Source of the DNA: an uncultured Muribaculaceae bacterium | Lineage (GTDB): Bacteria; Bacteroidota; Bacteroidia; Bacteroidales; Muribaculaceae | Direction of reading: 5' to 3' | DNA: 64,000 nt | Assembly (NCBI GenBank): GCA_910586565.1 | Contig: CAJUIT010000012.1 | Location: 7,768 to 71,767, forward strand | Shown here: piece after piece, positions 37,003 to 46,078 of the stretch | Layout of the letters: each line of letters begins with the position of its first letter | Position numbering within the stretch: the first letter of the stretch is position 1 | Program-made: the position numbers and the translations under genes | The notes under the pieces: generated by a model | Database searches by the model: none | Told to the model about the DNA's origin: nothing | Seen by the model: only the letters and a program-made list of their open reading frames with translations

Positions 37003-37766
37003 GCGAGTTTTTCAACATAGAGCCGACAGAGCCGGGCAACGGCACCAACACCAAACAAAACGCCGTCAACACCCCTAACGCCGCCCCTCTCATGCGCGAC
37101 CTCGGAGAGGAGGATAAGCCCCGCGAAAAAGCATCGCGCCTGGGGATTGATTCGCTGACCGACACCGAATTGCTGGCACTCCTGCTCGGGTCGGGCTCAA
37201 CGGGGAAATCGGTGCTCGAACTGAGCCGCGAGATTCTCGCCGATTGCAATGGGCGCCTGCGTGTGCTGTCGCGCATGTCGATTGCCGAGCTCAAAAAGAA
37301 ATATAAAGGTGTAGGCACCGCCAAAGCCACACTCCTTGTGGCAGCAATGACATTCGGAAGCCGCGTTCAGGCCAGCCAGGCGATAGAGGACCCTCAGATG
37401 CGGTCGAGCGAGGATGTGCATGCATTCATGCGTCCCAAGCTGGCGAGCCTCAACCACGAGGAATTCTGGGTGCTACACCTCAACCGCGCAAACCGCGTGA
37501 TGTTTGCCGAGCGCGTGAGCAAAGGTGGAACATCAAGCACCGCCGTCGACATAAAACTGATTGCGAAAAGCGCCATCGACCACATCGCCTCAGGCCTCAT
37601 AGTGGTTCACAACCACCCGTCGGGAACCATGAACCCGTCGGCACCCGACGATGCCCTCACCCGTCGCATCGCCGAAATCTGCAAAATCATCGACATTCCG
37701 CTCCAGGACCACGTAATCATAGGCCCTTCGACCTACTATTCCTACCGCGACAACGGGCGCCTATAA
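36999..37766 (+). CDS. radC: RadC-family JAB/MPN domain protein
   Basis: 255 aa. HhH region then JAMM motif VVHNHPSGTMNPSAPD. Confidence 0.85.
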   Translation: MSEFFNIEPTEPGNGTNTKQNAVNTPNAAPLMRDLGEEDKPREKASRLGIDSLTDTELLALLLGSGSTGKSVLELSREILADCNGRLRVLSRMSIAELKKKYKGVGTAKATLLVAAMTFGSRVQASQAIEDPQMRSSEDVHAFMRPKLASLNHEEFWVLHLNRANRVMFAERVSKGGTSSTAVDIKLIAKSAIDHIASGLIVVHNHPSGTMNPSAPDDALTRRIAEICKIIDIPLQDHVIIGPSTYYSYRDNGRL

Positions 37767-37792
37767 TCCACGTAATCCGTGAGAAAAAGCAA

Positions 37793-37920
37793 GAGGGTGT
37801 GTCAGAATGGCTCGTCTGGGTCGTCGCTTGCGGGATTCGGTCTCGGTCACGTACTTCAGTACGCTCCCATCGACCTCACCCACAAGCTCCTACCATCCAA
37901 ACCATTCTGACAGCACCCTC
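37793..37920 (+). repeat. 128-bp intergenic element with ~18-bp terminal inverted repeats (copy 1)
   Basis: TIRs GAGGGTGTGTCAGAATGG / CCATTCTGACAGCACCCTC. High identity by eye to the reverse complement of 50002-50129. Confidence 0.8.
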
Positions 37921-37938
37921 ACACCTTAGACCAAAAAG

Positions 37939-37974
37939 GCGGCGTGTCATAATTCTGGAATTATGACACGCCGC
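37939..37974. terminator. 16-bp-stem hairpin, probable bidirectional terminator (radC / beta-barrel gene)
   Basis: GCGGCGTGTCATAATT-CTGG-AATTATGACACGCCGC followed by TTTATTTTA. Confidence 0.7.
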
Positions 37975-38004
37975 TTTATTTTAATACGGATGGTGAGGGT
38001 GTTG

Positions 38005-38769
38005 TCAGAAGTTATATCCGAGGGTGATGGAGAAGAGATTGCGGCGAAGGTCGCGGGGAAGCATCTCGGTGCCGCTCTTCATGTCGGAGAGGCCCCATGA
38101 GCCGCTGAGCGACATAGTGTAGGCCTGATAAGTCACACCAACGCCGAAATTCCATTGGATATCGAAATGCTTGAATCCGTTTGTGCCGAACAACGAGCAG
38201 CTTTCAGCCGGAGTGGCAGCTTCGGGCACTCTCACCTCATTCTGATGATAACGGGCGAGCAGACTCATGTTGAGCTGCGGACCGGTGAACACACTCACCT
38301 TGATATCCTCGGTGAAATCGAAGTGGTAGCCCACGATGAGAGGGATGCGGAAGCCGAAGTTGCGGATTGAACCGTCAACCTGATAAGCCATATCGCGTTC
38401 CTCAACAACGGGATTACCCGCAGGATCGACAACGGGAAGCCCCGCGCCGTCAACAACAGGCACCGAAACCGAGTAGGAATCCCAATAGGTGGTGCCGAAT
38501 GTGTTGTAGAAAATTGAAACGCCCGGCTCGAAATAGAGATTCATCCACAGCGGAATGTTGTAGACTGCCCCGAGCGAAAAGCCTGCCTTATTGTTATAGA
38601 AGCCGCCGCCATTGGCTGCCGAACTGATGTCGAGCGATGCGCGCGCTCCAAGAAAAGCCTTGTTTTCGGGATTGTCAAACAGATAGCTCGATGCTGCCTG
38701 TGAAGTTGACACGCTCGCAGCCACCATTGCGCCAACGAGACAGATGTTTTTCAAAATCTTCATATTCAA
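38005..38769 (-). CDS. Outer-membrane beta-barrel protein (small porin/OmpW-like)
   Basis: 254 aa. Signal peptide, alternating beta-strand pattern, C-terminal ...ITLGYNF. Confidence 0.65.
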   Translation of the reverse strand: MNMKILKNICLVGAMVAASVSTSQAASSYLFDNPENKAFLGARASLDISSAANGGGFYNNKAGFSLGAVYNIPLWMNLYFEPGVSIFYNTFGTTYWDSYSVSVPVVDGAGLPVVDPAGNPVVEERDMAYQVDGSIRNFGFRIPLIVGYHFDFTEDIKVSVFTGPQLNMSLLARYHQNEVRVPEAATPAESCSLFGTNGFKHFDIQWNFGVGVTYQAYTMSLSGSWGLSDMKSGTEMLPRDLRRNLFSITLGYNF

Positions 38770-38820
38770 GAGGGTGTTTTAATATTATAATCGTGTAAAC
38801 GTGAGTTGCTGCCTGCGGGT

Positions 38821-40446
38821 TCAATAGTCATAGAGCAACTCGAGGTCATCAATATAGAGCACACTGCCGTTTCCACCGGTGAAATAGTCGCCATATTTGC
38901 TGGCCGATGCCACAATGAGAATGTAGCGGGGCACGCGGTTTGTGGCCTTGTAATCCAACTCAATTTCAAAGGGGATGTACTGCGGAATTGTCTGCCCGCT
39001 CTGGAAGTTTCCGTAGGCTATCACCTCGCTCCCGGCAGGGTCGAACAGCTGCCTGTTCGACGGATTGGTGCGGATTTCAAACGGCTCGGGGCTGTCAATA
39101 AGTGCCGTCCACACAATGCATGTGTCGGGCTCACCCTTCAGTGAGGCAAATTCAGAGGTGGTGTTTGAAATCGGGGTGGAGGTATATTTGAGGTAACCGC
39201 GCAACTTGGTGGGACGCTCGGTGAAAGGTCGGCCGAAGCTCAACACGCCGTTGGTGCCGTCGGTGCGCACATAGCTCCCGGCAAAAATATTGCCTGCGGC
39301 AATCTTTCCGAGAAGTCCGATACCCACAAATTTTGTTTCAAGACGCGCAGCCTGCCCGCTGCCGCTCGAAGTGTCGTCGGTTGGGGTGGTGTTGCTGTCG
39401 CCCAAAGTGGTGGCACCCTTGTTGCCGGTGTCCCAATAGGGGGTGGCTCCTTCAGCCCACGGATTCCACACCTTGCCGGCTTTGCTCCATTCGCTGAGCG
39501 ACGAGTTGGGCACCTGCACAACCGAGCCGGTGGTGAACGAGAGGGTCACACCGTTTTCAGAATCGGAATAGGCACGGGCCTCGTAGGTGGTTCCGGGATT
39601 GAGGTTTACCAGACGCGCGTGGAATGTGCCGCCTGTGGTGGTGATCCATGATGCGGGAGCCTTTATCCATTCGTCGGTGCCGGCAACACGATATTCCACA
39701 CCGTTGTCGCGCCCTTCGATTGCCTCGCCGTAAACCCATGCCACCTGCGTCCACGCATCGGCGCGTGTGGTCGACACAGTGCTTTCAACCGTCTCTCCGT
39801 GAATCGACCACTCCTCGGTGCGGCCATAAGCCTCAACCGTCACCTCAACCGGAGTTGTGAGGTCGATTTCGGTGCCCTCAAGCAGGGGCGACATTGTGCT
39901 CCCCTCGGGACCGAGCTTGCACGAAAGAACCTTCACATGCTCCAGCCCGATTGCCTGGGGCAATGTGACCACAACACGGCGCCCGGTAACGTCGATTATC
40001 GTAGCGCCGATTTGATTGTCGACCGTGAAGTAGCGGTTGATGTTCTGAATGCCTTGAATCACCCAATCATAGCTTTGATAGAGGCGGAGGGTTACAATAT
40101 AATATTTCGACAAATCGAGCGGCTGAGTCAAATCACCTTTTTCAATCTCGGCACCCTCCGACAGGCGATAGGATGTGATTTTAACCGAGGTGATGTCGAC
40201 CGATTCGTCGAACGTCATTTTAACCATGCGCGTCGCCGAATCGATTTCGGCAGGCTTCAGCAGCCCGTCGGCTTCAATAGCCTCGATGTTGGGCTGGATG
40301 CGCGGATAGGGTATGTCGTTCTTGATACATCCCGACAGGGCGCACACGGCTGCAAACAGCAACGCCAGCACCGGCACCGCAGCCATTCGCCGCGATGAGG
40401 CCGGAATGAAGGATGATATTTTCAGGTTATATCTTGAGGAAAACAT
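38821..40446 (-). CDS. PCMD-domain lipoprotein (putative carbohydrate-metabolism domain)
   Basis: 541 aa. Lipobox LSGC. The C-terminal ~230 aa (…WNPWAEGATPYWDTGNKGATTL…KLRGYLKYTS…) resemble the PCMD domain. Confidence 0.65.
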   Translation of the reverse strand: MFSSRYNLKISSFIPASSRRMAAVPVLALLFAAVCALSGCIKNDIPYPRIQPNIEAIEADGLLKPAEIDSATRMVKMTFDESVDITSVKITSYRLSEGAEIEKGDLTQPLDLSKYYIVTLRLYQSYDWVIQGIQNINRYFTVDNQIGATIIDVTGRRVVVTLPQAIGLEHVKVLSCKLGPEGSTMSPLLEGTEIDLTTPVEVTVEAYGRTEEWSIHGETVESTVSTTRADAWTQVAWVYGEAIEGRDNGVEYRVAGTDEWIKAPASWITTTGGTFHARLVNLNPGTTYEARAYSDSENGVTLSFTTGSVVQVPNSSLSEWSKAGKVWNPWAEGATPYWDTGNKGATTLGDSNTTPTDDTSSGSGQAARLETKFVGIGLLGKIAAGNIFAGSYVRTDGTNGVLSFGRPFTERPTKLRGYLKYTSTPISNTTSEFASLKGEPDTCIVWTALIDSPEPFEIRTNPSNRQLFDPAGSEVIAYGNFQSGQTIPQYIPFEIELDYKATNRVPRYILIVASASKYGDYFTGGNGSVLYIDDLELLYDY

Positions 40447-40467
40447 TGTCAGTTAACTTGGTAGCAA

Positions 40468-41373
40468 TCAAATGAACACGGCCATGCCGAAGTTGATGTT
40501 GAAGATGTTGAATTTGAAATTGGCACCCGATGAGAAACGCGAGCCCTCGTCAACACCATCGGTCGATTGGCGTTCGTTGTGAACCTTCACACCAAACACG
40601 CCGAACGACACGTTGAAGCTCACATAATCCATGATGAACACACACAGCCCCGGCGAAAAATTCAGCGCGGCGGTCATGCTGTTGGTTCGTGTGTCGCGCG
40701 GAACGCCGTTGTAGTTTCGCTTGAATCGCGACGAACCCGCCCCGAACGACAGCTCCACCTCATTGAACACGCTGAAACGGCGGTCGCGCCCGAGTCCCAC
40801 ATAGTTGCGGTAGGCGATGGCGGTGCTGAACGTTTTTGAATAATAGCTCACATCGGAGAGTTTGAAACTCATGTCGGAATCGAAGTCAAAGCTGAGTCCT
40901 TCGAGGTCCACATACATGCGGGTGTAGTTGAAATTGATGCCAATCGACTGGTTGTTGCCGAAGAAGTAGGCAATGTAGGGTTGCAACGAGTAGGCCTTGA
41001 CCTTTATGTTGAAATCCTTCAGAATCGAGAGCAGCTGAAAATCGTCGGTGTTGAACTCGCCATAGGATGCCTGCATGCCAAACGACCACTGCCCTTTGGG
41101 AATGAACAGGAAGTTGTAGAGGCCGCGGTCGAAACGGCCGTAGTTTTTTTGGGGAAGAACCACGCTTACCGTGTCTCCGCCAACTATCACCGTCTCATCG
41201 AGCACGGCATCGTTCACGGCTGCCGAGTCAAGGGGAATCTTTTCGCCGCGGGCAAACCGCTCCAGCAAATTTATGTTGATGCCGTCGTCGGGCATCTCGC
41301 GGGCCTCGGCCCGCATCGCCGTGATGTTTAACGCCATCACAAGCGTGAGCAATATGCTGTAGATTTTATGCAT
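40468..41373 (-). CDS. Hypothetical outer-membrane beta-barrel protein (paralog 1)
   Basis: 301 aa. Signal peptide. FIPKGQW motif and C-terminal NFKFNIFNINFGMAVFI shared with the next gene. Confidence 0.55.
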   Translation of the reverse strand: MHKIYSILLTLVMALNITAMRAEAREMPDDGININLLERFARGEKIPLDSAAVNDAVLDETVIVGGDTVSVVLPQKNYGRFDRGLYNFLFIPKGQWSFGMQASYGEFNTDDFQLLSILKDFNIKVKAYSLQPYIAYFFGNNQSIGINFNYTRMYVDLEGLSFDFDSDMSFKLSDVSYYSKTFSTAIAYRNYVGLGRDRRFSVFNEVELSFGAGSSRFKRNYNGVPRDTRTNSMTAALNFSPGLCVFIMDYVSFNVSFGVFGVKVHNERQSTDGVDEGSRFSSGANFKFNIFNINFGMAVFI

Positions 41374-41501
41374 CTTTGATTCGGGGGATGAGTTAAGAGT
41401 AAGTTCTTAAATATTTTTTGTAGCTGTTTCCACGTTCCGGGCCTGCGGGTGCCACCGGTCAACTGCATCGTTGGCAGCACCGGGAGTGCGCACAAGTGCC
41501 A

Positions 41502-42236
41502 TCAGAGATAGAATGCCACGCCGAATGTAATCGAAAAAAGATTGATTTTGAAATTGGCCGATTTGCTGTCGCGATGGGCAACATAAATCTGGTCGGTGGT
41601 TGATTTGGTGGTGGTGTAGGAAAACCCGAGCACACCCACATTCACCTCTATGGCCGAGTAGTTGTTGAGAAACATAATCATGCCCGGAGCAAGACCCACA
41701 TGCACATCCCACGAGCGCTCGAAAGTGCCGGTGAGGTCTTTGCCGCGCCCTGTGCATATTTTCGACTCACCGCCGCTGAGCTGCAGCTGTGTTTCGTTGA
41801 AAAAGCCGAAACGGCGGTTGTTGCCCAAACTGATATAGTTGCGGAACACGGCCATTGCCGAGTAATTCTGTGAAATGTTGTAGAGATTCTCAACCGAATA
41901 GTCGGTTTCGGAGTCGATGACAACGGTGGCATTGTCAAGGCGGCTGCGCGAACGGGAATAGGAGAACTTTCCACCCGCGGCCAGATTATCCTTGAAGCAA
42001 TACATCAGCATGGGGCTGACTTTGAACGTGTAGGTGTCGCCTCCGATGTTTTCAACTATCAGAAATTGGTAATTCTTTTGATTCGACTGCGAGAAACTGA
42101 CGCTCACACCCGTGATCCATTGCCCTTTAGGAATGAACGACACCTGCTCCAAACCTCGCTTGAACTCCACCTGGGCATGCCCGGTGGCTACAAATCCAAG
42201 CAGGATTGCAAGAAATGTGACTGCTTTCTTTATCAT
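41502..42236 (-). CDS. Hypothetical outer-membrane beta-barrel protein (paralog 2)
   Basis: 244 aa. Signal peptide. FIPKGQW motif and C-terminal NFKINLFSITFGVAFYL. Confidence 0.55.
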   Translation of the reverse strand: MIKKAVTFLAILLGFVATGHAQVEFKRGLEQVSFIPKGQWITGVSVSFSQSNQKNYQFLIVENIGGDTYTFKVSPMLMYCFKDNLAAGGKFSYSRSRSRLDNATVVIDSETDYSVENLYNISQNYSAMAVFRNYISLGNNRRFGFFNETQLQLSGGESKICTGRGKDLTGTFERSWDVHVGLAPGMIMFLNNYSAIEVNVGVLGFSYTTTKSTTDQIYVAHRDSKSANFKINLFSITFGVAFYL

Positions 42237-42719
42237 ATTTTGCTCGATTCAGACGTGGCCTCATACATAGCATTTAAACACAGGCTTCTGTCTGTCATTA
42301 TGTTACGCCCCTGCACGTGAGTTGGGAACACCCCCGCGGAGCAATTGCAAAAATTTTTGTAAAGTTACACTATTTTTCACATTTGCGAAAAGATTTCATC
42401 GGTTAAAATTTTTAACACCCTCTATATTCGATAAATTACATGCTTCCCGATGCAGAATGGCTGCCAGCAATCCTATCGGCGTGAATACGAGCGGTTTTTG
42501 CATGCCGATTTTTTTCGCTAATTTTGTTGACTAAAGTGAAAAACGGCACACCGCATTAATTAACCGCGCTACGCAACCCGATTCAGTGCCTTAACTTTTT
42601 GCTCTGAATTTTGTCTTATCTTTAAGAAACTGTTTAAATAATCAACCCTCGACTTCGGGTTAAAGACGGCAACGGCCGACAAAAAACGCACACCGCAGTC
42701 GAACAACTCACAATCAACA

Positions 42720-43415
42720 ATGAAAAAAATCTTTTCTGCAATCCTCTCCGCTCTCGTTCTGGCTTGCGCTCCCTGCGCCCATGCCAATCCCGATATCACC
42801 GACCTGCTTAAAGGAGCTGCAAGTGCATTGAAAGGCTCAGGCTCCGATTCAGGTTCAAGTTCAAGCACCGGTTCAACTGCGTTATCGGGCCTCAAAGGAA
42901 TGATTGAGGGGCTTATCTCCAAGAGCGACCTCACCGAAGCCGACCTCGTGGGGTCATGGCGCTATTCGGCTCCGGCCGTAGCTTTCAAGAGCGACAACCT
43001 GCTGCAGAAAGCCGGCGGCGCGGCAGCTGCCGGTGTAATCACCGAGAAACTTGCCCCATTCTATGCCAAAGCCGGTATCACCAACCTCACGGCTACATTT
43101 AACGAAGACAAGACTTTCACTTTCAAAATCAACAAAATAAGCCTCTCGGGCACCTTTGAGAAGGATGCCACCTCCGAAACCGGCGATTTCACTTTCAGCT
43201 TCAAGGCTGCCGGCAAAATCCCCGTAGGCAAATTCAAAGCCCATGTTGAGAAAGTCGGCTCGAAACTCACCATCACCTTCGACGCCTCGAAGCTCATCAC
43301 GCTTGTCAACACCATTGCAAAAATCAGCGGGCAGAGCACACTCCAGTCGGTTGCCACCCTGCTCAACTCCTACGATGGCCTGAATTGCGGATTTGAGCTG
43401 ACAAAAGCAAACTAA
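42720..43415 (+). CDS. DUF4923 (lipocalin-like) secreted protein
   Basis: 231 aa. Signal peptide, Ser/Gly linker, LVGSWRYSAPAVAFKSDNLLQKAGG pattern typical of DUF4923. Confidence 0.65.
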   Translation: MKKIFSAILSALVLACAPCAHANPDITDLLKGAASALKGSGSDSGSSSSTGSTALSGLKGMIEGLISKSDLTEADLVGSWRYSAPAVAFKSDNLLQKAGGAAAAGVITEKLAPFYAKAGITNLTATFNEDKTFTFKINKISLSGTFEKDATSETGDFTFSFKAAGKIPVGKFKAHVEKVGSKLTITFDASKLITLVNTIAKISGQSTLQSVATLLNSYDGLNCGFELTKAN

Positions 43416-43461
43416 ACACGCAACCGGCTGCTAACCAAACCATTTCAGAAAGGCATTTAAA

Positions 43462-45324
43462 TTGACCCGCAGCTCTCTGAAAGAACGTGTTGCCGCGCGT
43501 TGGCGCATAATAAAACATGCCCACGCGCGGCTTACCACACGGTTCGTTCCCACAATAAGGCTGATATCAACCGTGTTGGGAATTGCAACGGTGGTGGCGT
43601 CGGCGGTGTGTCTGATTTGCCTGTTAATACACTTCGGGTTCGACCGTTCCCCGCAGGAAACGAAAACCCTCGCCCGCATTCTGCGCGCCATCCAGATTCT
43701 CTTTGCCACGGGAATTATTTTCAACCTCCTTTTCAACTTCAAGGAAACCGTAGGGCAAACGAAAATCATAAAATGGATAACCGACGCGGGGATTCTGATT
43801 ACGCTGCTCCCGCTGGCCTATCCGCGCCCCGACAGGCCGTGGATTCCTCTGCTTGAACAAATCCTCTACAACCGTGCATTTCTCTTCTCGGTGCTGGCCG
43901 CCTACTCGGCTGTCGACCTCAGCTACGGTGTGATTAAGATGATTGGGAAACGCACCAACCCGTCGCTGATGCTGTCGGTGAGTTTTCTGTTTTTCATAAT
44001 AATAGGGTCGTTTCTGTTGATGATGCCCCGGTGCACGGTCACACCCTTGAATTATATCGACTCACTTTTCGTTGCCACATCGGCAGTGTGCATCACCGGG
44101 CTGACCACCATCGACATTTCACAAACATTCACACCGTCGGGACTGATTGTGCTTGCGCTCCTGATTCAGATAGGAGGACTGGGGGTTATGACTTTCACCA
44201 GTTTCTTCGCACTGTTTTTCAGCGGCAACACATCCATCTACAGCCAGCTGATGGTTAAGGATATGATTTATTCTAAAACCATCAACGCACTGCTTCCCAC
44301 CCTGCTCTACATTTTGGGGTTCACACTTTTAATCGAACTTCTCGGAGCCGTGGCCATATTTTTGTGCGTGCACGGAACGCTCGGAATGTCGTTGCAGGAC
44401 GAGATTGTGTTCTCGGCGTTCCATTCACTGTCGGCATTCTGCAATGCCGGCTTCTCCAACATCGAGGGGGGATTGTCGAACCCTCTGCTGCTTCACTCCA
44501 ACCAGTCGGTCTATCTTGTGGCGAGTGCCCTTATTTTTGCCGGAGGTATTGGATTTCCGCTGCTTGTAAATTTCAAATCGGCACTGGGGCGCTACATGCA
44601 ACGCATCTGGCACTGGCTGCGCGGAAAAGGGGTGCTCCATCAAGCCTACCACGTCTACGACCTCAACACAAAGGTTGTGCTCGTTACCACATTGTGGATT
44701 TTCGGCGCGAGCACAGTGCTGTTCTTCCTGTTTGAATATGACAACTCACTCGCGCAATTCTCCTTTGGCGACAAGATAATCCAGTCGGTGTTCAATTCGT
44801 TTGTGCCACGTTCGTCGGGTTTCTCGTCGGTCAACCCTGCGGGGTTCCTCAACATCACGCTGCTGATGTTTGTGGTGCTCATGTGGATTGGCGGCGCCTC
44901 GCAGTCAACTGCCGGCGGTATCAAGGTCAACACCTTCGCCACGATGATTCTCAACCTGCGCGCCGTGGTGCTCGGGCGCGACCGCATCACCGCCTACGGG
45001 CGCACTATCTCCGTGCCGTCGCTGCGCAGAGCCCACGCTGTCATCGGTCTGTCGATAGTTTCTTTCATTTTCTATGCCATCGCGCTTGTGGGACTCGAAC
45101 CGAATCTCAGCACCCGCGCCCTGCTCTATGAGGCTGCCTCGGCACTTTTCACTGTCGGCTCCTCGCTCGGGGTCACCCCGCTGCTCGGCACTCCGGCAAA
45201 ACTGCTGCTGTGCACCGCCATGTTTCTCGGACGTGTAGGAATCATTTCCCTGCTCGTCGGCATAGTCGGCACCCACAACGATTCCCCTGCAAAATTCCCC
45301 ACCGACAATATCATCATCAACTAA
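43462..45324 (+). CDS. trkH: TrkH/KtrB-family potassium uptake protein
   Basis: 620 aa, polytopic. Repeated selectivity-filter-like TGL/GGxG segments (CITGLTT, GGLGVMT, NAGFS, GGASQSTAGGIKV). The start is TTG in the ORF track and is uncertain. Confidence 0.85.
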   Translation: MTRSSLKERVAARWRIIKHAHARLTTRFVPTIRLISTVLGIATVVASAVCLICLLIHFGFDRSPQETKTLARILRAIQILFATGIIFNLLFNFKETVGQTKIIKWITDAGILITLLPLAYPRPDRPWIPLLEQILYNRAFLFSVLAAYSAVDLSYGVIKMIGKRTNPSLMLSVSFLFFIIIGSFLLMMPRCTVTPLNYIDSLFVATSAVCITGLTTIDISQTFTPSGLIVLALLIQIGGLGVMTFTSFFALFFSGNTSIYSQLMVKDMIYSKTINALLPTLLYILGFTLLIELLGAVAIFLCVHGTLGMSLQDEIVFSAFHSLSAFCNAGFSNIEGGLSNPLLLHSNQSVYLVASALIFAGGIGFPLLVNFKSALGRYMQRIWHWLRGKGVLHQAYHVYDLNTKVVLVTTLWIFGASTVLFFLFEYDNSLAQFSFGDKIIQSVFNSFVPRSSGFSSVNPAGFLNITLLMFVVLMWIGGASQSTAGGIKVNTFATMILNLRAVVLGRDRITAYGRTISVPSLRRAHAVIGLSIVSFIFYAIALVGLEPNLSTRALLYEAASALFTVGSSLGVTPLLGTPAKLLLCTAMFLGRVGIISLLVGIVGTHNDSPAKFPTDNIIIN

Positions 45325-45337
45325 CACACCCACTCTC

Positions 45338-46027
45338 ATGCGCTACCTTATAATTGGACTCGGAATCTACGGCACCAATCTCGCCAAGGACCTCACCGAC
45401 ATGGGTCACGAAGTTATAGGCGCCGACCGCCTCGCCGCCAACGTCGATGCCATAAAGGATTACATCGCCACGGCCTATATCCTCGATTCCACCGACGAGG
45501 TTGCAATCGGGGCATTGCCGCTGAAAAATGTCGATTTGGTTATCGTTGCCATCGGTGAGAATTTCGGGGCAAGCATCAAAACGGTGGCACTCCTTCGCAA
45601 ACTCGGCGTGCGTAAAATCTATGCCCGCGCCATCGACGAGCTTCACCACGCCATTCTCGAAGGGATGAAAGTGGAGCGCATCCTCAACCCCGAGCAGAGG
45701 GCGGCCGCCGACCTTGTCAACGAGCTCGAGCTCGGCACCCATGCCGAAACTCTGAGAGTGGATCGCGAGCGCATGGTGATGCGCTTCAAGGCTCCCGAAT
45801 ATTTTTTCAGCATGCGCTATGCCGACATGACCCCCGACAACACTTTCGGCATGCAACTCATCGCCGCCTCACGCCCTAAACCGACCACCAACGTTCTTGG
45901 TGTGGACGCATCGGAATTCACTCCGCTTGAAATCGGTCCCGACTCCCAGCAGCGTGTGGTAGCCGGTGATGTGCTCACCTGCTTAGGCACACGCAAGGAC
46001 TACCGAGCCATGTTCCGCCACCTGTAA
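45338..46027 (+). CDS. trkA: TrkA/KtrA-family potassium uptake regulatory protein
   Basis: 229 aa. RCK N-domain Rossmann motif IIGLGIYGTNLA plus C-terminal RCK-C. Confidence 0.85.
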   Translation: MRYLIIGLGIYGTNLAKDLTDMGHEVIGADRLAANVDAIKDYIATAYILDSTDEVAIGALPLKNVDLVIVAIGENFGASIKTVALLRKLGVRKIYARAIDELHHAILEGMKVERILNPEQRAAADLVNELELGTHAETLRVDRERMVMRFKAPEYFFSMRYADMTPDNTFGMQLIAASRPKPTTNVLGVDASEFTPLEIGPDSQQRVVAGDVLTCLGTRKDYRAMFRHL

Positions 46028-46078
46028 AAGGGTGTGCATCATAACGGCCCGGGGTGCTGTGTCGCGTAGGGTTCGGTC

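Noticed and set aside
42237-42719. A long 483-bp spacer with ORFs 42322-42534 (+) and 42569-42934 (-), examined as a possible ncRNA or small-gene locus.
   Set aside because: The ORFs have no start context and no motifs, and one overlaps the DUF4923 gene. I could not recognise any known RNA (6S, SRP, RNase P, tmRNA, riboswitch). The spacer is likely just divergent promoter space.
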